DNA of 47,241 nt, counting the filler, from Dirinaria sp. TL-2023a (lineage: Eukaryota): NCBI GenBank assembly GCA_051941275.1. It is 2 parts of 2 records of this genome, joined end to end, with 100 filler letters (N's around TTAATTAATTAA, not from the genome) between each part and the next. Parts side by side here need not be neighbours in the genome. Positions count along the whole stretch, not along the records: positions 1 to 23,605 come from JAVEBF010000203.1; 1 more part is not named here. One strand, 5' to 3'. Each line of letters begins with the position of its first letter. Positions within the stretch are counted from its first letter, which is position 1. The notes under the pieces were generated by a model that saw nothing but the letters and a program-made list of their open reading frames with translations, did no database searches and was not told the origin of the DNA. Both the position numbers and the translations under genes were made by a program. Positions 1 to 12,600 of the stretch are shown piece after piece.

Positions 1-780
1 CCTCGACACTAATCGACTCCTCCTCGCTCTCCAAAGTCTCCCTCATAACGCCAAACTGCGGCATGGTCTACTCAGGCATGGGACCCGACTACCGGGTGCT
101 GGTGGACAAAGCGCGCAAAGTGTCACACACGAACTACAAGCGGATCTACAACGAATACCCACCCACGCGGATTCTGGTCCAGGACGTGGCGCGCGTGATG
201 CAGGAGGCGACGCAGTCGGCAGGAATCCGGCCGTACGGCGTCAGCCTGTTGATCGCGGGATGGGACGAGGGCGTCGAGCCTCAGCCGGCCGAGATCCCGC
301 CTGCCGAAGGCGAAGAAGAAGGGGCGGGGAAGAAACCGAGGGGAAAGACGGGAGGGATTTTGAAGGGTGGGCCGAGCCTATACCAGGTTGATCCGAGCGG
401 GAGCTATTTCCCCTGGAAAGCGACTGCTATCGGGAAGAGTGCCACGACCGCGAAGACGTTCCTTGAGAAGAGGTATAAGGATGATTTGGAGCTGGAGGAT
501 GCGGTGCATATCGCGCTCTTGACGCTGAAGGAGACGATCGAGGGCGAGATGAATGGCGAGACTGTCGAGATTGGTAAGCGGCTTTCCCACACTCCCCCAC
601 CCCTAAACAAACACGCGGATTGCGTGTGATTATGTGGGCTGAATATTTATTGCTCTTCTAGGCATTGTCGGTGCTCCGGCGAACCACCTACTAGGGTTTG
701 AAGGCGTCAAGGGTGCCGTGGGTCCGAGGTTCCGGAAGCTGACGAAGGAGGAGATAGACGACTACTTAACCAATCTGTGA
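1..780 (+). CDS. PRE8: 20S proteasome subunit alpha-2 (5'-truncated by window edge)
   Basis: Frame open from nt 3 ([34 protein letters not shown]...[11 protein letters not shown]...[19 protein letters not shown]). Intron 574-661 (GTAAGC...CTAG). Last exon 662-780 reads [15 protein letters not shown]...[17 protein letters not shown]. Confidence 0.96.
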
Positions 781-1275
781 TATAGAGAATTTCTAGAAAC
801 CTAGCAGCAAATGGATGGGAGAGGCCGATGCAACACTGTCCAAAAACCCAGATTGACGGATTTTGGATGTGTTGGTTTTTTTCGAGTTTCATGCCTGTCT
901 GGTCATGATTGCACTTCCCTCATCATTTGGAAGTGTAGCGCAACCTAGGGCGGCCAAGACATGACGTGCTGCTTGCTGCTCGCTGCTCTATTTTGCTCTG
1001 CTGACTATCGCCAATCCCAGAGATATCCTCCTCCCATGAAGCTCGAGGACTAGGGGTCCGCTAAGAGAACACACTGCACCAGCCTGTCCCAAAAATTCCC
1101 GCCGTAAGGTATGTAACCATCGCCTACCTTATTGCATTGGCTTCAGGGTGTCGCGCCATGCGCCCGGGCCGGGACCCACAAAATCATGTTTTCCAGCCCC
1201 TTGCCAGCGCCTGATTCCCGCCGATGGTATAAATGCATCTATCTGCCCAAATCCCCCTTAAGGCAAAAAAAAAGC

Positions 1276-2451
1276 TCACCGGCCCCAGCCAGCATCTTGC
1301 CCATACGGCGTTGCTCCGTATGGTGTCTGCCCCCCACCCCATGCGCTCTGGTTACCTCCGTTGACGTAGGGTGTCGTGTATCCTTGATCCCCGTAGCCAT
1401 CTTGCATCATGCCGTCCGGACTCCTGCCACCCATACCGAACCCGTCACCATCTGCTGCTCCGTCTCGTCCGTCCTCCGTGCCTGTCAGCGCTTGGATGAC
1501 TTCCGCGAGCTTCGTCTGCAGTACTTTGATACCCTGGCCGACGACGGCGTCGGGTTCCAGGTTGCCGATGGATTCGATGTCGAAGTAGAATTTCGATGGG
1601 GCGGCGGAGTAATCGAACGGCTGATTGGGGGCGGGAGGGTCTTCGAGGGCGGCGTTTTTGGTTTTGGGCCTGTCCGTAGTTATTTTTGTTAGCTCCATGG
1701 AACATGAGGCGGAGGTTGTGGTTGACTATGTTTCGCCACCGAGCGTAGGAACTGCAGGGTACATACCATTCCCTGTCCGGGTCCTCCTCGTACCAATAAT
1801 CCAGGTGTCGCAGCTTGTTCCACGGATCGTACTCGAACCCCACTGCAGCTGTAGGCGCCCATTTTGCGTGCTCTTTCGCAATCCCCTTCTTTGCGATGCA
1901 CCGCATCCTCAGCTCCTGCCCCTTCCGCAACTTGCAGATCACGCTGCCTAACCCCGCCGGATCCTGAATGACCGGCACCCCAACGGTCTCGTTCGGTCTT
2001 GGTTCGCCGACCAACAGATCCCGTGCATATACCTTCATGACTTCGTCGCCCGTACACCGCGCATGTAAGGTGAGAGTGACGGAGCAGTGTTCGCAGTAGG
2101 ACTCGCATTCACATTCCCGCGTGTACAGCACATCTTCGATGTTCTGTGAGTTCAGAGGTATGAGGCCGAGACGGTGGGCAATGAATTCGTCGGCCAGGAC
2201 GCTGGTATTGGCATCCACCTCGACAAGGTCAATAGCCATGGTAGGGACTTCGGCTAGAATGGTGCGGCGGAGTGAGTTCGCCAGGGCGAGGTCGACGTTG
2301 CTGAGATCGAATTCGACGCGGTTGGAGGAGACCTGCGTAGTTTCGCGATCAGACATAGATTCAGTAGCCGAACCCAGGCAGAACAATTTACCTCACGGAC
2401 TGTCACTCGGGGACCAGCGTCCTCGAGTCCCTCCATAGCATCGTAGTCCAT
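1276..2451 (-). CDS. RPB3: RNA polymerase II subunit RPB3
   Basis: Motifs [35 protein letters not shown]-x-C-x3-C-x2-C Zn site and [14 protein letters not shown]. Exons 2451-2392, 2332-1767, 1669-1276. Introns 2391-2333 (GTAAAT..CAG) and 1766-1670 (GTATGT..GCTAAC..CAG). Confidence 0.97.
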
Positions 2452-3202
2452 TTTGAATGATGATGTCGTAGTCTCAGCGAGAAGGTGTCAGTGAAAGGCA
2501 AATCGCATCAGCTGCATGTCAGTTTGCTGCCGGCTGCTGCTGGCTTTAAAGAAGAGGAGGAGGCAATGTAAGGTCGATCTCAGCTTGAGGTCTGGACTCT
2601 CGGACCTTCAAAACCAGTAATTCCCAGAGCCAATGAATGGAGAGTGAACGACATGCTTATCACTCGCTTGCGGCTAAGGGTTTTTTTTGTTTAAAGTTGA
2701 CTTGGCTACCGTAAGGTACTCAGACGCTAGGTCGTTCTTGGCAACGTCTGCTGACAAAGCACCCTCGGACAACCTAAAGCTTTTACCTTTAAGGTACTGG
2801 TACATCCATGTAAGGTATGTATGTTTCGCATTATCAAAGGTTATTTCGATTTCTATATCAAAATGGCAATACTACAAGGTGGCCATCATTGTATCGTTCA
2901 CCGTTTTGTCATTTCAATCCACCATTCACCATTGAATCAATAGGATGGTGGGAACATTGCCAAGCAGTTCACGCTTCTGCAAAGCGCCACTAGGTGTACC
3001 TCTGGGAACAGAGAGCGTGGGGGTACTGGTACCAGTAGTGGGTGAGTGAGGAGATGATCTTACATTTGTGTCCTGTAGACTCTGCATCATGTATTGAGTA
3101 TTCCCGCAGTGCATCTCATTTACCATTTTTGTCGCTATGTGGTCTACCTTATGGTTCTCAATACCTCAATGAGATTAGATACTTGAGCACAGACAGTAGT
3201 GC

Positions 3203-4982
3203 TTAGTCGCCCGCAATATGGCCGCCTAATCCACCATTTTCTCCAACCGTGTGCAGGGTTTCTCCAACTCCTGTTCCGGCCTTCTCTTCCGCAAATCGTG
3301 CTTCCGCACTCTCGATGCATTTCATGTTAGCTCCTAGCTTGTTCATCGTTTCCATCCACTCTTCGTAAGGATCGCTATCGAAAACAATGCCGCCTCCGGC
3401 TTGCAAGTATGCTACCCCGTCCTTGACCAGCATCGTCCGTAAAGCAATACAAGTGTCCATCGCACCTTCACTTTCGACGAATTGACCGTCCTTGCGGCCT
3501 ACATTACCATAGCCAAAGTACCCCACAGCACCTGCATAGACGCCACGTTTTTCTTTCTCTAGCTCGGCGATCAGTTCCATCGCACGAACCTTGGGCGCAC
3601 CGGAAACCGTTCCGGCGGGAAAGATGCTGCGAAAGGCATCAAAGCGAGTCTTGCCCCCGCGAAGCACTCCTGACACCTGCGAGACTAGATGCTGGACGTG
3701 ACTGAACTTCTCGACGCCCATGAGTCGGTCTACCCTGGTCGAGAGCGGATCGCAGACCCGATTCACGTCATTCCGCGCAAGATCGACAAGCATGACATGC
3801 TCCGCCCGGTCCTTGATGGAGTTCCGTAGTTCGTTTGCCAGGGCCTCGTCACTTTCAGGGGTTGCACCTCGTTTGACGGTACCTGCGATCGGATGCGTAA
3901 TGATACGACCTTTTTCCGACTTCACAAGAAGTTCTGGGGATGCTCCAACAATATTGAAGGCGTCGCAGTCTATGTAGAAAAGGTATGGCGACGGATTCAC
4001 ATTCCGGAGGTTTCGGTAGATATTGAAGGGATGGAGGAGAGTCGGACGAGAAAAGCGCTGGGATGGAACGGCTTGGATGATATCGCCTGTACAAATGTGG
4101 CGCTTTAGCGTTCGAACATGGTTCTCGTACCCCGATTGACCAATATTCGATTCGTATTCATTATTGAGTGTGATTGTCGGCTGTGGAGGGAGAGGTATTT
4201 CTGGAGCTTGAAGGATTGATGTAATACGCTTGAGGGTCTCGCCAGCTGCTGTGTATGCATGAGATAGCTTGGACACAGCAATTGGAAGGGAGGGGATGTG
4301 CAGATATGTGATGACTTTGACGACGCTATAAAAATGATCAAAGGCGACGATGGTGTCAAATAGCATAAAGAACGATTCCGGGACATTCAGGATGTCCTTC
4401 ATCCGTCGTGCGGTCTTTGGCTCAAAGTATCGGACGCAGTCGTATCCGACATACCCAATAGCACCTCCAGTGAGCGGCGGTAACACGAGCCCGGGTATTG
4501 TGGCTTCACGGTACTGCCCTAGCTCTTTTTCAAGCATTGGCAGAGGGTCTGCTTCTGGTCCATGGCCGGGACCGGTTTTGAGTATCTTTCTAGGGTCTGA
4601 AGCCCAGTCAATACTCCGCCATCGCGACTGGGTTGGTACAAGCTTACTGGCTCCTACGAAGCTATACCGGCCTACGGTCTCGGTTGTTGCTGCGCTTTCA
4701 AAGAGGAAAGAGTAATTCGTTTGAGATCTACAGCCTTTGAGCGTATTTCAAGCAAGAACCTTTCTATACACACTTGGAAGATAGCTTCAGGTAAGCCAAG
4801 GTCGGGGTCAGGGTGTCCGCTGTTATTGTTGCGCAGACTGGGACAAGGTTTGGAGGCCAGGGCGAATTCTGCAAATCTGACAGAACATCTTTGATATTCT
4901 CCAGCGAAGGCTGGATTTCGTCCTGAGCAAGCATAAGAACGTGCAAGGGCTACTAAGGAAAGGTACCTACCATTGGAGCCAT
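3203..4982 (-). CDS. TRP2: Anthranilate synthase component I
   Basis: Motifs YSFLFESAATTETVGRYSFVGA, GGAIGYVGYD, GDIIQAVPSQRF, HPIAGT, AEHVMLVDLARND, FPAGTVSGAPK and QAGGGIVFDS. ATG at 4982 (MAPM). First intron 4970-4923, with two more short introns before about 4595. Confidence 0.96.
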
Positions 4983-5610
4983 GACCTCCTTGAAATCGAA
5001 ACTGCATCGCGACTTCCGAAGTCATCGTCTGTTGTTGATCTACGACCAGGATCTTGCGGAACGCTGCGGCTCACTGCATGGTACCTACCTACCTTACTAC
5101 CTTACCTAGAGGTAAGGTATTTTTCTGGCATGAGGACCCTGACTTTTCACCTTTAGTTGAGCCACAACCGCATCCGTCCGTAAGGTAAGGTACGTATTTT
5201 GGAAGCGCTGGTTGGAAGATCGCAGCCACCCGTGTGATTGGAGAGCATCAAAGCACCACCTTTACATACCAAAACTAACACATCTGGGAGACCATCATAG
5301 AAAGTCTTATGGTTCCGGTCACAGAGTATATGACATGGATCATCCGCTCCAACGTCTAGAGGATGGAGGCAGCTGACACTTTATCAATCATTTGTTAGGC
5401 ATCTCGGAAAACGACAGAAGTATTCTCTCGAGAGTGCACTACAATATCGAAGGATTGTAAGACGTTCTTTGCAAAAGAGCCTGTCTTGCTCTTGGATGCG
5501 CCGACAGAAGCATTTCACAATATTCTGCTACCGCACGGCTTTACTTATGACCTTGCACATCGTGTGCAGATCGCAATCAAATCACGAGAATGCACTGTGC
5601 CAATGATTCC

Positions 5611-6334
5611 TCACAACAAAATCTCACCAGTATGCTCAACCTCAAAGCCCAGCTCTTGCAATTTCGCTTGCTTCTCTTTGTCGGAGCTCCTTCTCTCACG
5701 GCTCTCCAACACAGACAGTCTATGGACCTCTGTAGCGCTTGCTTTGTGGTAGGGTTCTGGCACGTAATCGTCCTTATCGAGATCCTAGGGAAGAAAAAGC
5801 GTCAGGCCAGATTAATGCGTCTTAAGGGCAGATCACGCATACTATTTCCCCGAGCATGACCACATTCTCTCCTCGGACAAGGAATATGCCTCGTGGGATA
5901 TCGGCGTACAAATCTCGTGCGAAAATACGCTCGATAGTATCCTGTAAGACAAGGTTCGCTGTTCGAAGGAGCTGCGGTCAGCGCAGTCGAGATCACACTC
6001 TTTCCCACTTTGTACCAAATTGATCCCAGCTTCTCAGGACTCCTATAAGCTTTCTCCCGTCACGTAAAACCAACAGCAACTTCTCTGTCGCAGTGTGGAG
6101 TCAGCGTGTGAGAAATGTAAAACCTTTGAGCTGACATACTATCTGTTAGGTCAAGCAATTGTGCAGCAGTAGTGAACATCTACTCGGTCAACGCGTTTTC
6201 CTGTGATGATGTACAGAGCCATTGCGCCTTACTTGGGGTGGCAGCTGGGTAGGCCTCGGCGTTGGGCCAGGAGGTTGGACAGCATTGTCGAATCCCTCCG
6301 TAGATGGCTGATCCTGTAATGACAGGTTCTCCAT
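5611..6334 (-). CDS. LSM1: Sm-like protein LSm1 (mRNA decapping activator), 5 exons
   Basis: Manual splicing gives [10 protein letters not shown]...[94 protein letters not shown]...[14 protein letters not shown]. Sm1/Sm2 motifs and canonical GT-AG introns (first intron 6232-6180). Confidence 0.94.
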
Positions 6335-7335
6335 CACGCTTTGTGAGACAATGCTTTACAAGGGCACAGTAGATCCATGATCACAAGATACATGAAGGAT
6401 ACCGAGATCCCAAACTATTATGTCGCAAACACTCCGAATAGCTCGCTAAGTCGGGCCGACAAATCAGCCAACTAACTTGTTTTGGAACCACCCTTTTGAC
6501 ATCCCAGCATTGAAATTTAGCTGACATGGCGTTAGATATGCTGCAACTCACTCATCAACCTCTTGGAATGCTCATGACGCACTGTTGATAAAGTCCAGCC
6601 ACTGCTCCCCATAGAGATCATATCAGTCATATCCCAGGCTCTCCGACGTCTAACCAGTATTCTACGCTATTATCCCAACTTGTACACGTGTCCATCTCCT
6701 GATTATACATTTGTGCTTAGCATTACATCACTCCGATAGCCAGCGAGAACCGCTTTGTGAACAGATTAGTCTGTATGACCATGATCCTTTGTGCCAACCA
6801 AGGATTGCAGCAAGTGCACTCATATGGTTTGAATTATGAGGCTCCGCCTGGCTTCCTCTGCCGATCTTAGCTCACCTATAGCATTGAATGTACCTATTCC
6901 GACTGTGACATCTATCATTCGCCAGTGTTGTCTCATGTTGAACCCTTGCTGAATTTACAGCTTGTTTCAAGGCTTATGGTCGAGTTTCACCATGTGTAGG
7001 AGGAACTGCAACTCGTTCCACGTGCCCTCAAAATTCCAGATGCGCCTTTCCATAAAGCCCACGCTATTTTCCTCTTTCTTGTACTCTCTCTCCATTGTTT
7101 CGTACTAAGCTTCGAAGCTGGACTTCACTTGAGCTTAGCTTAATTAATCCAAAACTCGAACGCGTTCACTCGACCTTCATCTTCGCCGTTCAAACCTGCG
7201 GAAATAAAGTAGGGCACTGGCTGCCAACTATGCCGGACCAGCACGTTGTACCTATCTCGACTTCTCTACTACTCGCGCCTCTGACCTCCGACGCACCTCC
7301 CTCCCTCAATCCTAGCGAGCTTGACAGCACCCCAG

Positions 7336-7647
7336 ATGCCCACCCCACAAAGGGCCATGGCCATGGCTCGAAGCACACGGATCGAGAGCACCAGCCGGCC
7401 TCCATCTACGCCTGACTCATTGGCCGGTACAGTAATAGCTACAGTTACGCCATCACCCATAGCGCTGGACGCTACGCACGCCGAAACAGCCAGACGTTCT
7501 TCTGCGCCGTTAGAACGAGATCATCCACCAGTGAGGCCGATGAAGGAAAAGTCGCAATCAGTGGATATGAATTCTGTAAGGTGCGTGTGGTGGAGTTTTT
7601 CGGATCGCCATGGTAATGAGGTAATGTGCTTTGTCGCGAAGTTGTAG
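7336..7647 (+). CDS. Small hypothetical protein (~103 aa, S/T/P-rich, ends in -AKL)
   Basis: ATG at 7336 in the 7321-7647 frame; GC-rich coding-like segment after a pyrimidine-rich leader. No family recognised, and several overlapping frames are open here. Confidence 0.3.
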   Translation: MPTPQRAMAMARSTRIESTSRPPSTPDSLAGTVIATVTPSPIALDATHAETARRSSAPLERDHPPVRPMKEKSQSVDMNSVRCVWWSFSDRHGNEVMCFVAKL

Positions 7648-7799
7648 GGTAATGGAGTGGACTCGGAAAGAATTCCTTCCCAAGTCTACAATTATAATAA
7701 TAATAGTTGAAGTGAACGAGGAAAACGTATGCTTTGCCGTCCGCTGAAAGCGAAACAGCCATCAGTGGATCCGCGTACTCTCTTGGACAGGGAATCCCA

Positions 7800-9077
7800 C
7801 TAAACGTCATTATATCCGATCACACTGATATTGTCGGCCTGAGAGTCAAGCATAGCCCAGCCCCATGCCCTTCCAGCCTCACCGCAAAACAACCCATATG
7901 GATCATCGCCTTCATGATACCAACCTTGCTGGATGCCATTTTCAATGGTCTTACGACTAGTAAAGGCCATAAAATGCTCTCTGTACGGCGATGGAAGAGC
8001 CAAAGCGTTACCTGTACTTCCATGGCAGATATTGGGTTCCTTGGTCAAAAGACCTTTCTCAAAGGTGACGCTTTCCCCTAGTTTGCAAGCGATACCAATC
8101 TTATCCTTGAGCTCTGAGGGAACGTAATTCTGGATCGCTTTCAGGGAGATGACAAAACCTGGCGCACCGTGGCAGAATTGAACTAGGTGGTGATGGCCAC
8201 TGTCGATGGAGGATGGCCAATTGCCGTCTTTGAGCTGGAGCTGGAGACAGTCTACTAAGCTCTTCAAAACAGTATCGTGGTTCGACGCTTTGGACGGATC
8301 ACACAGAATCACTTGGGTTATGATCCCGATACGTCCATGGACGGCACCTGTAAGAGTCTTTCTCAGCACAAGCCTTCCGCAGATAGCTCCTCTCTATCAA
8401 ATGTTTCCTATGCGCCAATCATATTTGACGACTATGACTAAAGGATAGATCTACATGCGAGGAAAGACTCTCCAAACGAACTTACCAAGGTAGTCTTTAC
8501 CATGCCAGGGCCACGGAGCACCATGGCTCAAGATCTTTTCAATTATATCTTCAATGACCGGCTTGACATTCTTACCACTCTCAGCTACCCAATGAATGGC
8601 CAAGCGAAGAAGATAGAGGCACCCTACTCGCCCGTACAGAAATTCATCAGAACCTCGCTCGGCTGTCAATGCACCCTTCTTCACAGCCTCGGCAAGTTTC
8701 TCTACGTCCTTAACGTCCTGTGTCAACGCAGAGCGAACAGCGTAGAAGGCTAATTGCTCATTGATAATCCCATTTCTGTCAGCAGTCACTGCTCCGCCTG
8801 AGCGTTCGCCAGCAAGATATGCTTTGGCCCAATGAAGCGGGTTATGGCTCAAAACTTGAAGCTCCCGATGCGTACGGCTGAGATGAAGAAATAGGTAGGC
8901 AATCGAAGTTGGACCACTGTACAAACCATGACATTCGTGTGAACTATATGCCGACCGAGGTGGGAATGATTTTATGATAGAAGTCAGAGACTGCAAGAGC
9001 TCGTGGCGGGGCTCTGCTGAAGCCAGCAGTTCGGATGGGTTGTCGAACGCTGGATTAATGAGATATCGAGCAGCCAT
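7800..9077 (-). CDS. LanC-like protein (lanthionine synthetase C-like, LANCL family)
   Basis: Motifs GLYSGPTSIAY, DEFLYGRVGCLY, WPWHGKDYLG|AVHGRIGI, VQFCHGAPG, NICHGSTGNAL and GLFCGEAG. One intron 8485-8348 (GTAAG..CAG) joins ORFs 8451-9083 and 7800-8369. ATG at 9077. Confidence 0.92.
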
Positions 9078-9680
9078 GAGCAACTAGATCTTGAGATGGT
9101 GAAAGGGTAGGAATAGAAATAAGATCTTATGTCAATGAGTTCCCTCTGTGGAAGTCATAGAATGAAGAAAGGGTCTTGTCTTACTTGAGCGTAATCTAAG
9201 GCTGCCTACCATATCGATATTACTCTGTCGACTAGCCAGCTAGTCCGCTTGTAGGCCGACGGTGAGAAGTATGGTATGTGACATAACCAGTGAGGTCATC
9301 ACAGGCTGTCTGGATGTTACGGAATCCCTACTGAGATAAGTAAGGCAGGCAATAGTTAAATCCATGTCGCTAGTTCTTTGTGTCATTGCTAGAAAAATTG
9401 AAGGGTGAATCGCTCTTCACAAATTTTCTAGGTAGCAGTAACCATACCGAAACTTTGTACTTCCTTGTCTCAAGAGTTGATGGAATAAGGAGCTGAACGT
9501 GCTCAAAACTCTCAAGTACCTCTTCCACTTTAGGGTTAGAAAATGAGGCTTTCATTTATCTACCTTAGGGTTGACATTATGCATGCGAGGCAAGTACTTC
9601 TAAACAGCTGATGAAATGGCGCGCTTTGGGAACGTATGGTATGAGGAGAAGATTCCTCATAAATAAATTATTTGGTACCG

Positions 9681-12600
9681 ATGCTGTCTGCTTTCACCGC
9701 CGCGCCCCTCGTCGAGCTCAAGCAGAGAGACAAGTCCAAGATTGAAGCTGTTTTGGCGTATGGTGAGATTGGTTCCCGCGGCTTCTACACATGCTCGCTA
9801 ATGCAGACCATTAAGGTGATCGCCTGCTTGTTGGACTCAATAGTGGTAGCCTTCGTGTCTATCGCGTAAACGAGCTCATCGATAATTCCGAGGTACATAA
9901 TGGGGCACATTCGGCTGACGAGAGGCCGGCCTTCCTTTCGAAGCCTAAGCCACTGGACCTCTTGCAAGAGCACGAAAAGTTCTCAAGATACAGGATAGAG
10001 CAGCTGGCTATCGTGAAGGAAGCCAACATTCTCATCTCATTGTCGAACAACTATGTCTCTACCTACGACCTGTCGACATACGAGCTTCAAGAAACCTTAC
10101 TCAAGACCAAAGGTGCCAGCACATTCGCTGTTACATCCAATGTCGTCAAAGACCCTGAAACAGATGTACCTTCAATAGTGTCCAGTCTTGCTGTAGCTGT
10201 CAAGAGGAGGCTTCTGGTTTGGTCATGGCACGATTCAGAGCTGTCACCGGAAACAAAGGAACTGGCTCTTGTGACCGGAATCAAGTCTCTAACCTGGATA
10301 ACAGGTACGCGAATAATCGCCGGTTTAACCTCAAGCTATGTGATAGTGAACGTGGAAACTTCAGCGGTGACGGATGTTGTGGGTCCGGGTAGCATTGGAG
10401 GTGCGCCTGGTCAGGATGGGGGACGGCTGGGAGGCGTTGGTGTTGCCAGTATCGGCTACATGGGCCTGGGAGGAAATGCACCCAAGCCACTAGCGACGAG
10501 ACTCGGCGAAGGAGAATACTTATTAGCCAAGGACATAAATACGCTGTTCATTGATAGCGATGGCAACTCGCTCGGGAGACGCCAAATACCTTGGGCTCTG
10601 GCTCCTGAAGCAGTTGGCTATTCATATCCTTATTTGCTGTCCTTGCAAGCGGCTAAAGGTACTCTAGAAGTCAGAAATCCTGAGACACTAAGCCTTCTTC
10701 AAACGATATCTTTGCCTGGCGCCTCCCAGTTACACGTACCACAGCCTAGCGTCAGCTTAGCACATGCTGGAAAAGGTTTCTTCGTGTTCAGCGAGCGATG
10801 TATATGGAGGATGGGTGCTCTCGACTACGATACTCAAATAGATTCCCTAGTCGAACACGGAAGGCTGGACGAGGCTATTAGCTTGCTTGGAATGTTGGAG
10901 GATGCACTTTTTAAGGGAAAGCAAGATCGGCTTCGTGAGATTAAGATGCTGAAGGCTCAGATACTCTTCGATCAGCGACGGTATCGAGATTCGATCGATC
11001 TTTTCACGGAGGTATCTGCGCCTCCCGAAAGGGTCATTCGGCTATTCCCTCCAATCATTGCTGGTCCTACGTCAATACTTGCAGCAGATAAACGAAAAGG
11101 ATCGAAGCAAGACAAAAGCTCGGATGCAGACACGCCTGCTCAGGATGCCGAATCTGTACAGAAGACCAAGTTTCCTGGTTCAGACGGAGAAGCCGGCACC
11201 AGTACCTCTGACGACCATTCGATACCTGGAAATGACACATCAACGCAGCACTGCTCTGCCAAAGGCCCAGACGAGCATGAAAAATCCACGTTGGAGAGTA
11301 CGAACGTCACGGTGCCTCTAGGTGAGTTGAATGTCCCTCAAGAGATTAGTCTTACTCATACGCTAATGCAAGATGTAGAGGAAAAAGACCTCAAAGCTGC
11401 TACTGCCGAGCTTCGAGGGTTCCTTGTTTCGACTAGAACCAAACTTCAAAGATACCTCAATCCTGACGGGAGCCTCAAAAACTCAGAATCCGGCTTCAAA
11501 AGCCATGTGGCCGAGATGGTCAGTTCGGAAATAGAAAATTGGGTCGATAGAGATTCATCTGTTCAGGACTGGACACAGCAGCTACGTGATATTGCCAAGT
11601 TGGTTGATACGACCTTGTTCCGCGCTTATATGTACGCGAGCCCATCACTAGCCGGGCCCTTATTCAGAATTGACAACTTCTGCGATCCGAGCGTCGTGAA
11701 TGAGAAGCTTCTTGAGACTAGTCGATACAATGACTTGGTCGACTTCTTCTACGGTAAAAAGCTTCATCATCAAGCTCTCGCGCTACTAAAGAGGTTCGGC
11801 GACGTCGACAAGGAGGACGATGCAGCCCCTCAACTCTTTGGACCACAGAGGACGGTAGCTTACCTGCAGAACTTGCCGCCAGAAATGATCGACCTTATCT
11901 TGGATTATGCACGCTGGCCTTTGGAGAGAAATCGTGAATTAGGCATGGAGATCTTCTTGGTAGACACTGAAAATGCCGAGACGTTGCCGAGAGGCAAAGT
12001 ATTGGACTTCCTTCAGGGAATGGATAGAAAACTGGCAGTGCGGTATCTTGAGCATATCATACATGAGCTGAACGATACCACCCCGGGGTTCCATCAACGA
12101 CTAGCAGAGACCTATTTGGAAGGGCTAAGATCCGACAATTTTCAAACCGATTCACAACGCAGAGAATGGAAGGACAAGACTCTTGATTTCCTGGCAGATA
12201 GCAGAAACTATCAGGCTTACAAGATCTTACAGAAACTGCCAAGTGATGGTGAGTCTTAGGAATTGGGGCTGAGCAACGACTGAGCAGATTCTAGATCCGC
12301 ATCTATGGGAAGCCCGAGCCATTGTCCTGAGCAACACGGGCCAACATAGGCAGGCTTTGGATATATATGTCTTCAAGTTAAAAGATCCAGCTAAAGCTGA
12401 GGAGTGAGGCAGCCATTGCAGGTTTAATAGCTGGTGCTGATATTGTTCGCAGATACTGTAACCAGGTATATGTGAAAGAGTTAAGTCCGCCATCATCGAC
12501 GACACAGACACGCCGGCTCTCGGCGGTAGATCGGGAGGTTGACACATCTTCCATCTACCACTCCCTTTTATCACTATATCTATCTCCACCCGCACCACAC

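Noticed and set aside
270..372. Acidic/Gly-rich insertion in proteasome alpha-2 ([33 protein letters not shown])
   Set aside because: To my knowledge this loop is a normal feature of filamentous-ascomycete Pre8, so it is not novel.
1276..1450. TPY-repeat tail of RPB3 ([16 protein letters not shown])
   Set aside because: Recognised as the usual Pezizomycotina Rpb3 C-terminal extension.
7190..7405. 71-aa Cys/Ser/Thr-containing ORF just downstream of the LanC-like gene as a lanthipeptide precursor
   Set aside because: No dehydratase in the window and no leader motif. It is antisense to a GC-rich segment with several open frames, and eukaryotic LanCLs are not known to make lanthipeptides.
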